64,000 nucleotides of DNA. It comes from Piedraia hortae CBS 480.64 (taxonomy: Eukaryota). Below the pieces are notes generated by a model. That model was not told the origin of the DNA and searched no databases. It saw only the letters and a list, made by a program, of their open reading frames with translations. A program made the position numbers and the translations under genes. The stretch lies in the NCBI GenBank assembly GCA_010093745.1, contig MU005975.1:186001-250000 (forward strand), written 5' to 3'. Positions 35,994 to 49,560 of the stretch are shown here, in pieces. Every line of letters starts with the position of its first letter. Position 1 is the stretch's first letter.

Positions 35994-38171
35994 CGTAGCA
36001 AGTAATCCCGTGGCGATCTTATGAATGGGTGGATGATAGACGTAATACACATGCCGAACGAATGCATTCATCGTGCCAGCCTCTCTGAGGCGAGAAGCGT
36101 GCAAGTCGTTGATGTTAACTGACATGTCGTTTAGCGAGCAAGATACTGTGTGGGATGTCAACCATAGGGAAGAGTAGCTTGCTCTTTTCGCACTCCTCTT
36201 CGTCACACTTGAACCCAGCAACGCATTGCGCTCCTTCAAACCACAACCTGGACAGAAGGGTGAGTCCATTTGTTCATCTCGCCTTTCAGAACACTGATGA
36301 GTACCGCGCTTCTTATCAAGTCCCAAGCTTTGATTATCGCCCCATACTTGTATTCCTTTTCCGTTATCATTGAGACATGCTGCCTGATTGGCAGGATGTC
36401 TCCTGATTATCCACCCAGCGCCCTTGTGGATGATTCTCCTCGTCATATATGTGTATGTTTGAATGGGCGCAAAGCAGCTTGAAGCGTCCCCTATTGACCG
36501 CAAGCCCTTAAAGTACTCAAGCAACCCTAGGCGACGCACCCTGAAGACCTCCAAGCTATTCTTGAGTCGATGAAGTCGGCATCATCGCAGTGATGTCGAG
36601 CAGACATCTGCTTCATCCTGCAGTACACACGAAGAGCTATACAAGCGGGCAAAAGAAGGGCAACAAGATGATTGTGCAAGGAAAAGCCTCATTGATCAAA
36701 TCAAGTGTGAAGGCAGGAAGTTCGTGTGCAGTTGGAAAGTTTGATCCGAAAAAAGTGGGCCAATCTTGGCGCGTCATTTCCGTAGCTTCCGCTCATTGAT
36801 CTACAAAATTGAGCAGGCGAATTTCTTTCATTCACGTCTGAAATGTGCAACTTTGTCCACAAGAAAAAGTCAGGCTACTGCCTCCAGGGAAGCATTTCCA
36901 AGCACAGTTTTCAACAGTCAGAAGATGAGATGGCGCCAGCAGCTGCCATCAAGAACGCGTCGGAGGGCCAGATAATGGTAGGTAGTGCGAACGGGGAGCG
37001 GCAATTCAGGGGCATACGCCCAGAAGCAAGGGGCCTCATGCCTAGAAATCTCCCGCCCATCGTTCTGGCTGAGGTAACCGTCAGCCAGGTGCCAATATCC
37101 GCCGTCGCCAAGCATGCGATTGCCATAAATTTCTCCCGTAATTACCGCCGAGATTTGACAGGAGGAGTACAAACCACGCAAGCGCACGAAAGAGTCAAAG
37201 AAAGCAGCGTCGAAAACATCACTGACTCTAGCGCTGAAGATGAAGCGCCAAGTGGGGAGTCTGATACAACATTCAGCTTGAAGACAGACTCCGAGACATA
37301 AGGCATTCAGGGTAAGTACCAGAGATCCCATATAAAGAGGGTTCAGCAGAGGGAGTAACACTACACAAGCCATCGACCAATCTGTAACCATGGTTATCAC
37401 TGCGAACGGATGTTCTTAGCTGTCAAATCCGACGTCTCGTTACTAGCCAGTCAATCCACTTCTTTCATATGACTGAGGTCATAATTTTCAACTTCCAACC
37501 GTTCTAGATGTGATTTCTCCTCCGAGTTCAATGCCAACATCGCTCAACGAATTAGGAAATGCCGAAGATTATCCGAAAGAGCGGAAACTCTCCGTTAACA
37601 CGAATTCGTGTGCATATTCTTCTAATTGATATGAATGGCCCAAAGTATGACAGCCTCATTCTCAAACTGAAGTATACCGCATATGCAATGGCTATAATCA
37701 TATTCCTCGTGTTTCTGGGGCTCTTCAATTGCTGTAGGACGATACCAACAAAATTTAACATCGATCTTGCAGCAACTTGATTGAATATTCCAACAATGTC
37801 ATGAAGGGCGTTTTTTCATAGGTGTCGGACACGTAATTCTCTGACTCGGATAAATCTCGGCAAATCTCGGGCTTGTTCAGTTGGTAGGAGTCCTTCCGCG
37901 GTTATTGAGATCAACCTTAAAGTTGTCTTTGTCTTCAGTATATTCTTTCAAAGTCTGTCAATTGTAATGTATGATTGAGTTATGATTCCTGTTGAGATTT
38001 CTGTTGAATCATCTTACCATCAAGCAAATGGCCCTTGAACTTAGGCAGCTGTATGTAGCACTCTTGTCCTTGCTCGAGAGGCTTCTGGCTTGTTCTCAAT
38101 CGCTACATGGTCAACAATGGCGAGAAATGCGTCGTTTGTAAACGTTAAGTATGAATATGTGATGATCATAT

Positions 38172-38418
38172 TGTAGCGATAGGACTCTAGTGAATGGGAG
38201 TACGCAGCGGCCCGAACTAGGAGGACGTAGCGATAGACGGAGATCAATGACAGGAACAGAAAGGATTCAGGTGGGTAGGAGTCAATACCAGTGTCGATAT
38301 GACAGTGTGAGTGACCATCTCTCTACGAGGGGACGTCAGAATAGATATTTTGTACCGGTGGACCGGTGTGACGTCACGTTGTACACTAGCAGGACGCATT
38401 CGCCATGTCACGTATGAC
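38172..38418. mobile_element. Truncated LTR family D
   Basis: Matches 44161-44399, then breaks off inside the CATGTC palindrome. Confidence 0.8.
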
Positions 38419-39946
38419 TGTTGATGTTAGTCGGGAGCCAGCCCCAAAATGGTTAGGACGACAGGTAACCTCATCTCCGCTAGAGTCTTGGTAGCAAAGT
38501 AGTAACAACATTGTCTTTTGGTGTCACCTCACATTCCTATAGAAGTCTTCCCCACTGCGTGCACACGTTTGATCACCACTTCAAACTTGAATAGCATCAC
38601 GCACAACCATGGTACACGGCTAGAGGTTGGCTTTTCGAAAGCGCATGCCCTAAGGATTCGTATTGTTCAGGTTTTGTATGTTCATGTTCCCTTCTGCCAT
38701 CGGTATACTGCGATTCATGTCAAATGGCACCATTGCGGAGATGACGCCAGTACAACACCAGCTAGCATCTTTTACATACTTTGCGCCCATGAACGTACTA
38801 TTTGAGGTCTCGCGTTTCTATTGCACTTTGTTTGAGGTATGCGCGAGGTCTGGTCGCGGTGTTCTGTCTGTTCAAAGTTGACGGGTCGAATTCGCGACGT
38901 CGCTTTCAGCTTTGAATCGATCTAACACAACGTATAATTGCCGCAAACAGTCGTGAGCGGTATCATACGATAGCGTGCATTGTATAGACTCGAATGGTAT
39001 GCAATTTGCATGGTTAAAGTCTTGTTTTGCCGGTTATCTAGTCGGATTTGTTTCGACCCACAATGGCCCTAGAAACCTGCAAGATTTCGAGCAATAGCCC
39101 TTTAATACTAACATGGAAAGCAGTGGAATATAGATTTAAAGGTATGGACTTTCGCCTAAATCAATCACCAAGTGATTAAGACGTTCAGGTGTCGCGCTAC
39201 ATCGCTCGAAAGTCGGCGAGTTTGAGAGGTTTCGAGCGGGCTTTCGCGGGGGAGCGCGGGGCGGCTCCCCCACTCCAACGACACCTCATGACAACGTGTT
39301 GTGACTAAGCCGACGCTGGTCATGTTGCTTCTCGGTAGCTTCCAGCACCAAGTTGCCCTACGCACTAAGACAAATAGTCTGCAGAGGTTGGGGTGGCTAG
39401 AGAAAAGGCTGGCGAAGAGGTTGGAAAGAGGTTGGGCTGCTCAACGGAAGGCTGGGAGCATCGGAATTTATTGTAAATAAAGTCAGTCCTTGAGAGAAAG
39501 AAGATTGACTTATATTTTTTTTATCTTTTCACCCCTCCACAGTCGTCCAATCTTTCTATTCAAAACACAACGCCACGTCCGACCACCTGTGCGCTACATG
39601 GATAACTCTCATCTCTACGACACTGTAGACAGTTAAAATATGTTAATCATGTTACTTTTGCGCCTCGAGAGTCCTTCGGAAGGCAGTTGGTAAGATGGCA
39701 ACTCCTGATCCCCTAGCATAAGATGCGTCCAGAGCGACCATAACATTGGGACAGGATAAATTGCCTACCCCGGGTCTTTCATACAAACAACTATATCTGT
39801 AGCAGAGAATAAGATTGCCAGGACGCGTAGATTCATGTAGATGTTCATATAAAGCCATCCCCGCCGGTCCATGTTCCGTACAGACGGTCTGTTCTTATTT
39901 TCCCAGTCCGTATCCTCTATCATACCGCTTCCCATCTTTTATCATC

Positions 39947-41746
39947 ATGGACGCTGCCCTTGGTGAGCTGTATGCTCTGGTCGAAAATGGGATCAAGCCA
40001 AATTTCGCGGCTACCGCCAAAAAGCATCTGGTCAATCGTACAACCTTGTACAAACGGTTCCAGAGCCTCACGGTGGAACGAGACACCGCACTGGAGGCGC
40101 GCAGGAGCCTGTCACAGAAGCAAGAGAAGGAGCTGGTCAAGCACATCAGCTTCACGTGTGATTGGTGCTTGCCTCCCTCGCCAGCCATCGTGCTGAAGCT
40201 GGCGCAAAGCATCTGCCAGCAAGACCTTGGAAAGAACTGGCCCGGTCGGTATGTGGAAAGAAACCGGAAGAACCTTGATTGTCGGTACCTGAATGATATT
40301 GACCTCTTACGTCATAAAGCCGACTCTCGCGAGAGCTACCGGGCCTATTTCGAGGTGCTGGAGAAGAAGATTCAAGACCTAGAAATCCAACCGGAGAATG
40401 TGTACAACATGGATGAAAAGGGGTTTCTCATTGGCAAGGGCCAGAAGACAAAGCGGGTATTTACCCGCTTCCACTACGAGCAAGGCCGACTGATTGGAGC
40501 GGGCCAGGATGGCAACCGCGAGTGGGTTACTGTCATGGCCACCATTTGCGGAGACGGCAGTACGCTTCCGCCAGCTGTTGTCTATGCTTCGGCTTCGGGC
40601 ACCGTCCAAGACAGTTGGGTGGAAGAGGTAGACGCCGGCAAGCATACGGCGTACTTTGCGGCGACGAAGAACGGTTGGACAAACGACGAGCTGGGCTGCC
40701 ACTGGCTCGTCCATGTTTTTGACAAGGCGACGAGTGACCGAGCCAAGCGTAGGTGGCGGCTGCTGTTCGTGAACAGCCACGGGTCGCACCTTAATCTCAA
40801 GTTTCTCCAGTATTGCATCGCCCACAAGATGCTGGTGGCTACTTATCCCTCCCACGCAACCCACCGTCTTCAGCCCCTGGACGTGGGTTTGTTCTCCCCT
40901 CTGGGGAACTACTACAGCCAGCGATTGAATAGCTTCACCAACATGTCGCTGGGGCAAACAACGATGAAGAAGAGGCGTTTCCTTGGTATCTTTTGGCCTG
41001 CCTTTGAGAAGGCCTTCACCAAGGAGAATGTACTGTCGGCATGGAGGAAAACGGGCATCTTCCCCTTCGATCCAGAAGTGGTCCTAAGCAAGCTGCCTGC
41101 TGCCCGACCTGTGGCGGCCCAGAGCAGCGAAGAGCTAAGCACATCCAAAAGACAACTACGCTTAAAAGTGGGAAAGATCTCCCGACGGGCAGATCCTGAA
41201 ACTCGGAAAGTGCTACAGGAACTGAGCCAAAGTGCTCTGAACACAGCCGCAAGATTGACGTTGGCGGAGCATAGATGCTCCAATCTTGAGAAATCCTTGG
41301 CACTGGAGCGGAGGAAGACGAAGCGCAAGTCCAGGTTAATGGAGCAGGTTAGGGGTATGGAGGGGTATGGAGGGGCGCTATTTGTTGACACTGGAGTCGT
41401 TCAGAAGGCTCGGGAGTTGGAGCAGCAGCAGGCAGATGCGAAGGAGCGGGAGGAACAAGAGAAAGCGCAGAGGGTACGTGAAAGGGCGGAGGCCAAGGCG
41501 TTGAAGGCTGCGGAGACGTTGCGGAAGCGACAGGAGCGACAAGCCGCTAAAGACGTCCGTATGGCAGCAAAGGTACGGAAGAAGGCCGAAGTCACGGCGA
41601 GGAAAACCGCCGCCCATCGCAAGGACGATGACGACGACTACGTTGAGGAGTGGGGGTCTCGCTCGAAAATGAGCCTCCTAGAGATCATGTCAGGGACTGC
41701 AGTTCATATGCGAAGAACTCACTTGTTGTCTGCGGAGAGGAGATGA
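39947..41746 (+). mobile_element. pogo/Fot1-family (Tc1-mariner) transposase: HTH, CENP-B HTH and DDE_1 domains; second catalytic Asp mutated
   Basis: Motifs VNRTTL, YNMDEKGF, GNREWVT, GWT, LLFVNSHGSH (expected DGHGSH) and LQPLDVGLF. No TIR pair found. Confidence 0.92.
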
Positions 41747-43419
41747 TAATTTAGGTCCCATTGTTCCAAAGAGTCAGCTCGGCTGGCGGAGTATTGCGAC
41801 ACCTTCAACTTCTGCAACGTAGAAGTCAGGATGATTAGCAATGGATTGAAACATATATGAGTTAACTTACCCATAGCGAAGCAGCCTTCGCCTACTCTTC
41901 GGAGACGTTGAAGGTGAGAGGGAAGAGCTGAGGATGGAGTGCGGTGAACACGCTGCAATGTCTCCTCGTGGACGTCTCTTAACCGCTTTCGCAGATCTTG
42001 GCGCACATCAGACTTGACCTGCGGAATCTCGGAGAGGACGGACTGTGTAGGGGCCTTTACCATAACACCACGGGAGCGCAACTCGGCCTAGAAATCTCAT
42101 TAGAACGATTTTGATGCTATAAAGAAGGTTGTGCTGAAGTTCTTACCGCAATGGCAAATTTGTCGCCCCACAACGCGCCCCAAGCGTGCTCCCAGAAGAG
42201 CAGCGGCCGCATTGCAGCGCGAATCCCCTAAGGCAGAATTAGCCTTGTCCCTTATCGCATTGAAAATGTAGGTCGTGACTCACTCCATTGGCCACTCTTG
42301 TTTCGCGCATTTCGTTTACCCGCGCTTCAAGGGCCTGGAGGCCGGTATGCAATCCTTTATTCATCGTGACGAGCTTGCCGATGTATTTAATCGCAACCCC
42401 TAGGGCCACGTTGGGCGGCGCTTGGAGAGATCTTACACTGATTTGGTCACTTAAGCCCGGAATTGCATATGTACCTCAACCACATCCTCCAAGAGAAAGT
42501 GGCTGCTAGTATCAGCTGCCCTGACTCTGCTTACTGCATCTGCAGTGGTCATAGTCGGCCGCGAAGGGCGCACACGGGCCGTCTGCGACAAACTGCCAGC
42601 GATGCCGAGTGGATCGTCACTCATTGAGGGCACCGGGGTACCGGCGGGAGGTGCGCGAGGCGCTGACAAGCCCAAGGGAGCCGTAACCCGACGCTAATGT
42701 TGTGCCCGCAAGATGCTGGGTCCACCGCTCTCAGCCCACTTTGTGGGAACAATGGAAACGGACTTTGGTAGGGGAGTCGGGTGGGTAACCGAAGGAGCGA
42801 TGTTGGCTCTCATCTCGGTGAGGTTGTCACCATCCTCGACATCCTCAACAAAATCTACATGATTGGCATTGCCAATGTGGCAGAGATCGTCGCGTATCTC
42901 ATCATCAATAAGATCCTCATCAACAGAGTGGTCGTTGTCCTCGTAATCCTTGTCAACCTCGCCATCAACATAACCAAATTCTTCATAAGAGTCGTGAGTA
43001 TTGGCAGATGGCCTAATCAGATGCGGTATCAGATTAGAGACGTACATAGCTCTCAACAAGTGATTGGTCATACCTTTCGGCTGTGATGCGTACGCGCTTG
43101 AGGTTTGGCACAGATTGGGCTTCTTCGACTAGTGGTCTCTTGCCTCCGCGACCGCCTCTGGCACCGCCCCCCTCCGCGACCTTTCCTTCGGCCTCTCGCA
43201 CCGCCACGACCTCCGGGCCACGCGTTGGATCTTGTGTTGGGGTCACGGGGGAACTGGGCTGTGCACACTGCAGGTCTTACAATTGTGTTGCACTTGAGAG
43301 GAACTATGCACAGAAAGGATGTGAGTGTGTAGAGGGCGGAATGGTTCCGTGACAGTTAGGCATCTTGTGACAGTGTTGGAGTGTTATTGTGAGAGAGCAC
43401 AGGAACCAGCGTTGAATAT

Positions 43420-43600
43420 CCGCAACGCAACGACCGCCCAATCTGATGGGGACCAACTATAAACAAGAAGCGACTAATCTAACTACTACGGCAATGTCGT
43501 TTACACAACAAGGGAGTCTCAACAGGCCGAGGCACCGACAAGCATCATGCACCAGGGCCACTGCCTCGTAGTTAGTGTTGAGGAACTTGTCCTTGGAAGT
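43420..43600. repeat. Diverged dispersed repeat (family F), copy 2
   Basis: Homologous to 29270-29460. Confidence 0.6.
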
Positions 43601-44160
43601 GTCTTCTTCGCAGGTGAGCAATTAAGGCATTTGAGCTAAACTCTTTGGGGATCTGGGGAAGCGAGTTTCCGCCAATGGGGATAATGGGATGCGGGGTCAC
43701 TTGTCACTCCAGTCCAGAAATGGCCCGCGAACCCGATTCCGCATGCCCAAAAATTATTTAGCTTAGAACGCCTTTGTTTGCTAGTCTCAACAGTAAATAC
43801 TTTCACGCTGGAGTCCCTATTGAGTCCATTCCCTCTCTTTAGCCAATCAAACAGAGACTGCCCTCGGATCCTAAGCAAGTATAGGTATAGTGCAGTAAAG
43901 GCAGAGGATGACAGCTCTATCTGATCGGCTGAAGCGGAGAATTAGGCTCAAATCGGCGGCGCGCTAGGGATCGGCCCTTCATCTTGATGAATATTGTCGA
44001 ATGACGTCCCAAGCGGATCAGGCCGGTGCAGGCCGGGAGGTGATCACACCTTCTCAACCTTGTTGACAATACACTTTGAGAAAGCCGCAACTATACTACC
44101 ATCACTCCCATCTCTTAAGATGTTACTTCTCTATGAGAATGAGAATTGGATACGACATCT

Positions 44161-44522
44161 TGTAGAGATTTAGATCTCGTGGGTGAGAGTGCACAGCGAC
44201 CCGAAGAGGACGGAGCGATAGACGGAATCAGGGACAGGAAAGATGTAGATGTATGTGAGTCAAAAATACCAGTTGCAGCATGGTAGTGTGAAATGACTAT
44301 TTTCAAATAAGGGGACGTTCAGAATAAAAATTCTGTACCGGTGGGCCGGTGACGTCACGTCGTACACTAGCGGGGCGTATTCACCATGTCACATATGACA
44401 TGACCCTGAGGGAAAACCTCTGTGAGGGAAAAACCTAGGGTGCCGCTGGTAGTGTAGGAGTATCGCTGACGTGCTATGCAAGTGCCCTGCATACGCGCTA
44501 GCGGCGATGCTTGAATCCAACA
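44161..44522. mobile_element. Solo LTR family D
   Basis: TGTAG...CAACA ends, 362 bp, perfect TSD CATCT. Confidence 0.92.
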
Positions 44523-45135
44523 CATCTCACCCTGGTAGCCGCCTAACGATAGTGAAACATCAGCCTTCGTTCCATCCAGTAATAGCTATACATTGTACCT
44601 AAACGTAGGGAAAGGTCTATGGTGTAATTTGAGGATTGCACACCGCATTGACCTTCCGTGCTTAACGACGCAAAACTAGTTCAAAAGCTTTTCGATATTC
44701 AAACGACCGGACTGGCATATCACCGTATATAAACCAGTTCAGACCTCTCAAGATGCCTGCTACGCGGTGCCACATCTGTCATTGAATTGGGACGGGTAAG
44801 TCAACCATGAAGATCCCGTAGAGTAAGGGTGTTTACTTTTTGACGGCAATGCATCAGAGGAACAAGAACAACTTGAGACACGATCCGGAAGAGTATTGAG
44901 CGGCCTTGAATTTCGAAGAATCCGAAGCTGCCGATGCTTGCATGAGACTGATCCTGGAATCGTGAGCGCAGACCCCAAAATCCTAGCTCGACAGGCCACA
45001 ACTCAAGCTGCAAGCACCGCGAATCCGGCGCCTTCCTGGAACACGAACGCCCAAGCATTATACAATGATTCATTCGAGTTTTGCATGAATGTTGACGACC
45101 AAGCTGATGTTGGCATGAAGTCTCGTTGCTATCAG

Positions 45136-45484
45136 TGTACGATGCCACTGCGCGACACCTCTTACACCAGCAGCTGCACCCTAGGTTTTGTCCTCACAGA
45201 GGTTTCCCTCAGGGTCATGTCGCATGCGACATGGTGAATGCGCCCTGCTACTGTTATGAGGTGAGTCATGGAGTAAGACTGCATGCTGACAGTCTTACTG
45301 CATGTATGACCACTTCCTTACAGTCATACAATTGATGACTCTTCATACGAGGCTACGCACGGGCCTTCCAGCCCAGAATATATTCTCTGATGTTCCCTCG
45401 AAGATATACTTGTATTCACTCATGAAAACAAATCTCTACTTTCCATCCATCGTTCTCACTCATACATACTATCTGTCTTTTTCA
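45136..45484. mobile_element. LTR family E (shares only a ~100-bp core with family D)
   Basis: TGTAC...TTCA ends; the 3' 240 bp match 1-239. No TSD seen. Confidence 0.78.
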
Positions 45485-45497
45485 GCTGACGGGCGAG

Positions 45498-48295
45498 ATG
45501 AAATATCAAGAGGCGGAAGACGAAGATAATTGCAGTTACAATGAGAGTGACTGGGATTCTGAAGATGACGGCACCATCATCCGCGATGCCAGCGATATTA
45601 GCGAGTCAGCTCATGAGGACAAAGATGGCGAGTTTCCGACAATTAACGAGATGTCAGACGTCCAAACTTCAGTACCGATCAACTAAGATATGTCGTATTC
45701 TTCTTGTTTTATTCCCCCGGAAAACATCGTCATGAGACTGCCTCGCAACACATGGAACCCGTTTAATTGCAAAGAAGATGCCCTTCTATTTGCAATGTAG
45801 CATTCTCATTGTCACCCTATCAGTGATACTCTGATGAAGACCTTTTTAAAAGTGGTAAGGGAGCTTGCAAAGATCCTAAACAGACCCAAAGTACCCTCAT
45901 TGGGAAGACTGAAGAAGTATCGTAAAACCATTCCCAATCCTCAGGTTATTCGTCGCGAGACCAAAGATGGGGCACCATTTTATCAGATCAGTGTGCTTGA
46001 CATTGTATGCATGCAAACCTGTAGGAACATTACTGAAGTTATCCAGTATCCCGATGTGGTAGAGCAAGTGGCAACCTCGAGTGATGGGCCTGCTTCGAAA
46101 AGTTGTTCCGAGATGTGGCACGGCACTAAGTGGCGTTGGGAGCTACGTATGCAGCGACCTATGGAGATTATCTGGATCCAAGGGAGGCCAGTCAGTATTT
46201 GGATTGGAGACGTCCTGCGAATGTGTCCATCCAGCTCGACCGAATATGCCTTGTATTACGACCTAGAGATTCGCTTTAGCCAGCAGACACGTGAAAACAA
46301 GAAATATGTTATTGGAGCGATTTCGCTGATCTTGTTAGAGCCGGTAAACGGGTGCATCCAAGGAAGCCTACTCTCTCTATTCCTACCAGAGACGGTATGT
46401 TGGAGGTGAGCGAGATGACCGTGGTTTCCTCGAAGAGACCCAAGTTATGGATACCCGGGCCAAGGAAGATGTTGAATTTGCTCCGCAAGATGGCACGCCG
46501 TTCCATGAGGACTTTGGTCCATTCCTGCGGGCCCCACATTCGGCAAAGAAGTTCTGCATAAAGCATGGTGCCTGTGCTGTGCAACTCAATGTCAACTCTT
46601 GGCAGGACGGGGTAACTGCGGTGCGAGGAAAACGGTGGAATGCCCTGGAAGTGTGGACAATGAAATTGGCTGGCTTTTCACGCAGGGTGGGTCTTGGCTG
46701 TCAATGCGAACAAATCATTGTAAGAACCAGACCTAATGTGTGATCTTGTCTAGCATAATTTTCATGTCTCTGCCAACTACTACGTTGCGGTTGGTACCGG
46801 CGGCGCTTCGCTCGATCCGTTGGACAGGAGGACAGCCTTGCTATGATTGCTTCTGGTGCTGGGCAGCAATCAATCATTGGAAGGACATTACCGATGTTTC
46901 CAGTCTGAGGGTACTACGGCATACCAAGGGACTCTCGGCGGAGGAAGCCGACCTCGTTGGAATGGAGCACCCTCTCACTGAGCTCTACCAACTGGAAGGG
47001 TTCGATCCACACCAAGATTTTACTTACGAGATGCTCCATTCCCTCCTCCTGGGAGTGATTAAATACTTGTGGATGGATACGCTTGACCTCCCCGTGATCA
47101 AGGAAAACCTTTGGCAGGTTGCAATTCGTGCACATTCAGCCGGAAAGGACGGTTTTGAGACATTCCCTTCGCCCTGACAGATCGCCAGTTGAAACAAGTC
47201 GCTCACTGGCAGCGATTTTCGAAACCTACTCCAGATCTGGCCGCTGATCCTGAGCGCATTTTTACAGCCAAAGGTAGGCTTGCGGACATGGATATCCTGA
47301 TTCATTTGTGGTGCGTTGGGGGAAAGCTCAGCACGCTGCTCTACGCCACCAGCATCAGCGGCCTGCAGGAATGATGCGATGTTGAGGAGGCGAGTCGGGA
47401 TCTGGTAGAGACCTGGTCAGATATATGGGGGCTTGACGCTATCAAGAGGAAGACTACAAATCACGTTTTTTTCTATATACCCGCAGGGACCTGGCGGCAT
47501 GGGCCTGTTCTTGGAGGGACGACAGAGCGGCTGGAGAGTTTGAACAAGTCTTTTCGACGCAATCTGGACCTCACCAACCGCCGCGCCCCCGGTTTAGATC
47601 TCATGAACAAGTTCTCGGTCATTCTCTCGGAACAGCACATCGCCCTTGAGGGCTGGTGGTGTGTGAACATCGAATACATGATGCGAGCAGGTGATGAGCT
47701 TCTCAACTTTTGCCAAGAGAAATGGATGAGGTCCATGATTGGCCTGCCAAATCCTGAGATTCCTGTCCCTAAGAGCCAACGCCTGCGCACTGAGCTTCCT
47801 GCAACAACCCAAGCCGCGCACAACAGGCTGGTCAGCACGTATTTCCTGAGCTGGAGCCCGACGAAATACCGCCAATTCACTAGATGTCTGGGGTCTGCGT
47901 TATGTTGAGTGGCTTCTTTCGTGCAATGCTGGGAGAGCAGCACGATATTCCGCGTCAACGCGCTCCTACGACAAGTTAAGACACTACAGACGGCGATTGC
48001 TCTAGTTGAGGAGTTCCGGACTGTGGCTCCCCAGAACGCCAACGAAGGCCTTTGTGCGTCGGTCAAAGTCACCTTGCTCGCCTCGACACGAGGCTACAAA
48101 ATCGTCCCGATAGAGAACCTGGCCCGCGTTCTCAATGTCATGCATTTGTTTGGCGAGTGGTGTGGCGTAAAGCAGGATCTCATAGCTTATCGAACGGAAA
48201 GGCAGATGGCCCCTGGTGATGTATGGCAGCACGAGGTAGAGAGCGCGTCTAGCCGCTGGATGGCCAGTGTCCATATGCTTAATCTGCATAGCTGA
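45498..48295 (+). pseudogene. Decayed CMC (CACTA/Mirage/Chapaev)-type DDE transposase
   Basis: Ordered motifs SEMWHGTKW..PM, QDGVTAVRGKRWN..LAG, GFDPHQDFTYEMLHSLLLGVIKY, GP..TERLESLNK..NRRAPGLD, LNVMH..C. Broken by stops and frameshifts. Confidence 0.7.
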
Positions 48296-48373
48296 TTGGC
48301 AAGCCAAGTATGGCAGGATTTCTCCACCACTGCGTGGCTTTTGACAGTTTTAATCCATTCTGCACATGTTGTT

Positions 48374-48557
48374 GAAACGTCCCTTATTATGTAGTTTCGG
48401 AATCAGGTAGTTGTCGTGACAGCCTGAAAAACTACGCCATGTGGAATCCTGATCTCAGGTCTCCTGGAATTCAGACTGTGACAGCCTGAAAACATGACCC
48501 TGTGATACCCTAATTTCAGCTTTCAGGTGGTGGCAGCCTGATGCGGGATTTGCTGTG
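48374..48557. mobile_element. Right terminus of the CMC-type element, with CAGCCTGA subterminal repeats
   Basis: Ends ...GCTGTG|TA, i.e. 5'-CACAGC on the minus strand. Lies just downstream of the transposase; second copy at 55778-56140. Confidence 0.65.
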
Positions 48558-48559
48558 TA

Positions 48560-49560
48560 TGTCCGTTCAGACGCACTTTGCATGCCATCTATTGCTCTGT
48601 CAGGGTCTCCCGCCCTCAGCGGTGTTTGGGAGTTCACTAGGGCATTCTTGCACTCCTGGTTCCATCAAGGCGTACCTCGCCTCGCCCGTGGGTTACTTTT
48701 CGGTAGCGACGCTTCCATGGCGCTTTTGATGTTGTTTAATAGAGCAGTGGCCAGCTCGTCAGTGGAACCAGGTTCGGGTGTCACCTCGGAAAGCGGGCGG
48801 ATGGGATACGCTTCCCTGAGAGCCTCTTCGTCGCCGTCTCTGTAGACGTATCTAAATCGTTTCGCGTGGCTTTTGTTCTCGCCTCCGCAGGGGACCCTGG
48901 TCAGTAGCGTCTCGTGGTCAGACGTGCTGTGCAGGTGGGGTGTCACTTCGGTCCTGGTCCCTGGGATATTCGAAAACACCAGATCTATCGTGTGACATCT
49001 GTTGTGAGTAGGGACTTCAGATGTATTGCACAGAGCGAGGTCTTTATCCTGCGTCTAATGTGCGAAAGCTGTGCCCCAGCGGTTTTGCTGGCTCCCGGCT
49101 CCCAGAGCCTCGAACGCAGGTTGAAATCGCCTGCCATGAAAGTTCTCGAGGGGAAGGTGCCAGTTGCAGATTGTAGCTGGTGGAAGCGATCTGGGGCGTG
49201 CAAACCAGCGTGCAGGTACACATTAACCGTGTCCAGCGAGTCGCTGTGCCCCGACACTTTCACCCAGACGATGTCCCACGAGGGCCTGGGGGCGCTCTGC
49301 ATTCCACCCAAGCTTGACGGTTGAGAATGTAAGTCGCGGCCATCGGTTTGAGATATTCCTCGCCAAAAGGCAGGAATAGGATATAGTCGGGGTGGGTTTT
49401 GGTGCGAAATGCTTGGCTGAATCCGTCGAACACAGTCCATGGCTCCTGCACCATAAAGTATGGCGGCGCCGATCGGTGCGCCATGGGAGAGTATAGGGTC
49501 ATGATTAGGACTGCCATTTTGCACGTTCGCTTGCAGCAGGAAGATTATTCGATCGCGTTG
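48560..49560 (-). mobile_element. LINE (Tad1-like) ORF2 fragment: APE endonuclease domain, frameshifted
   Basis: Motifs LQANV, VQEPW, NVY, AGDFN, FSN..SDH and P*WNQEC (PWW motif). Breaks off at the TA next to the CMC terminus. Confidence 0.85.

Noticed and set aside
35901..36554. 217-aa minus-strand ORF
   Set aside because: It runs into LTR A copy 4, has a non-ATG start and shows no motif; probably a chance ORF.
26006..44522. Two co-oriented D LTRs as ends of one 18-kb retroelement
   Set aside because: Each has its own independent perfect TSD (GGGAT and CATCT).
44340..44522. Hammerhead ribozyme (retrozyme) in the structured LTRs
   Set aside because: No CUGANGA...GAAA core in the proper helical context was found by eye; CTGAGGGAAA is only a look-alike.
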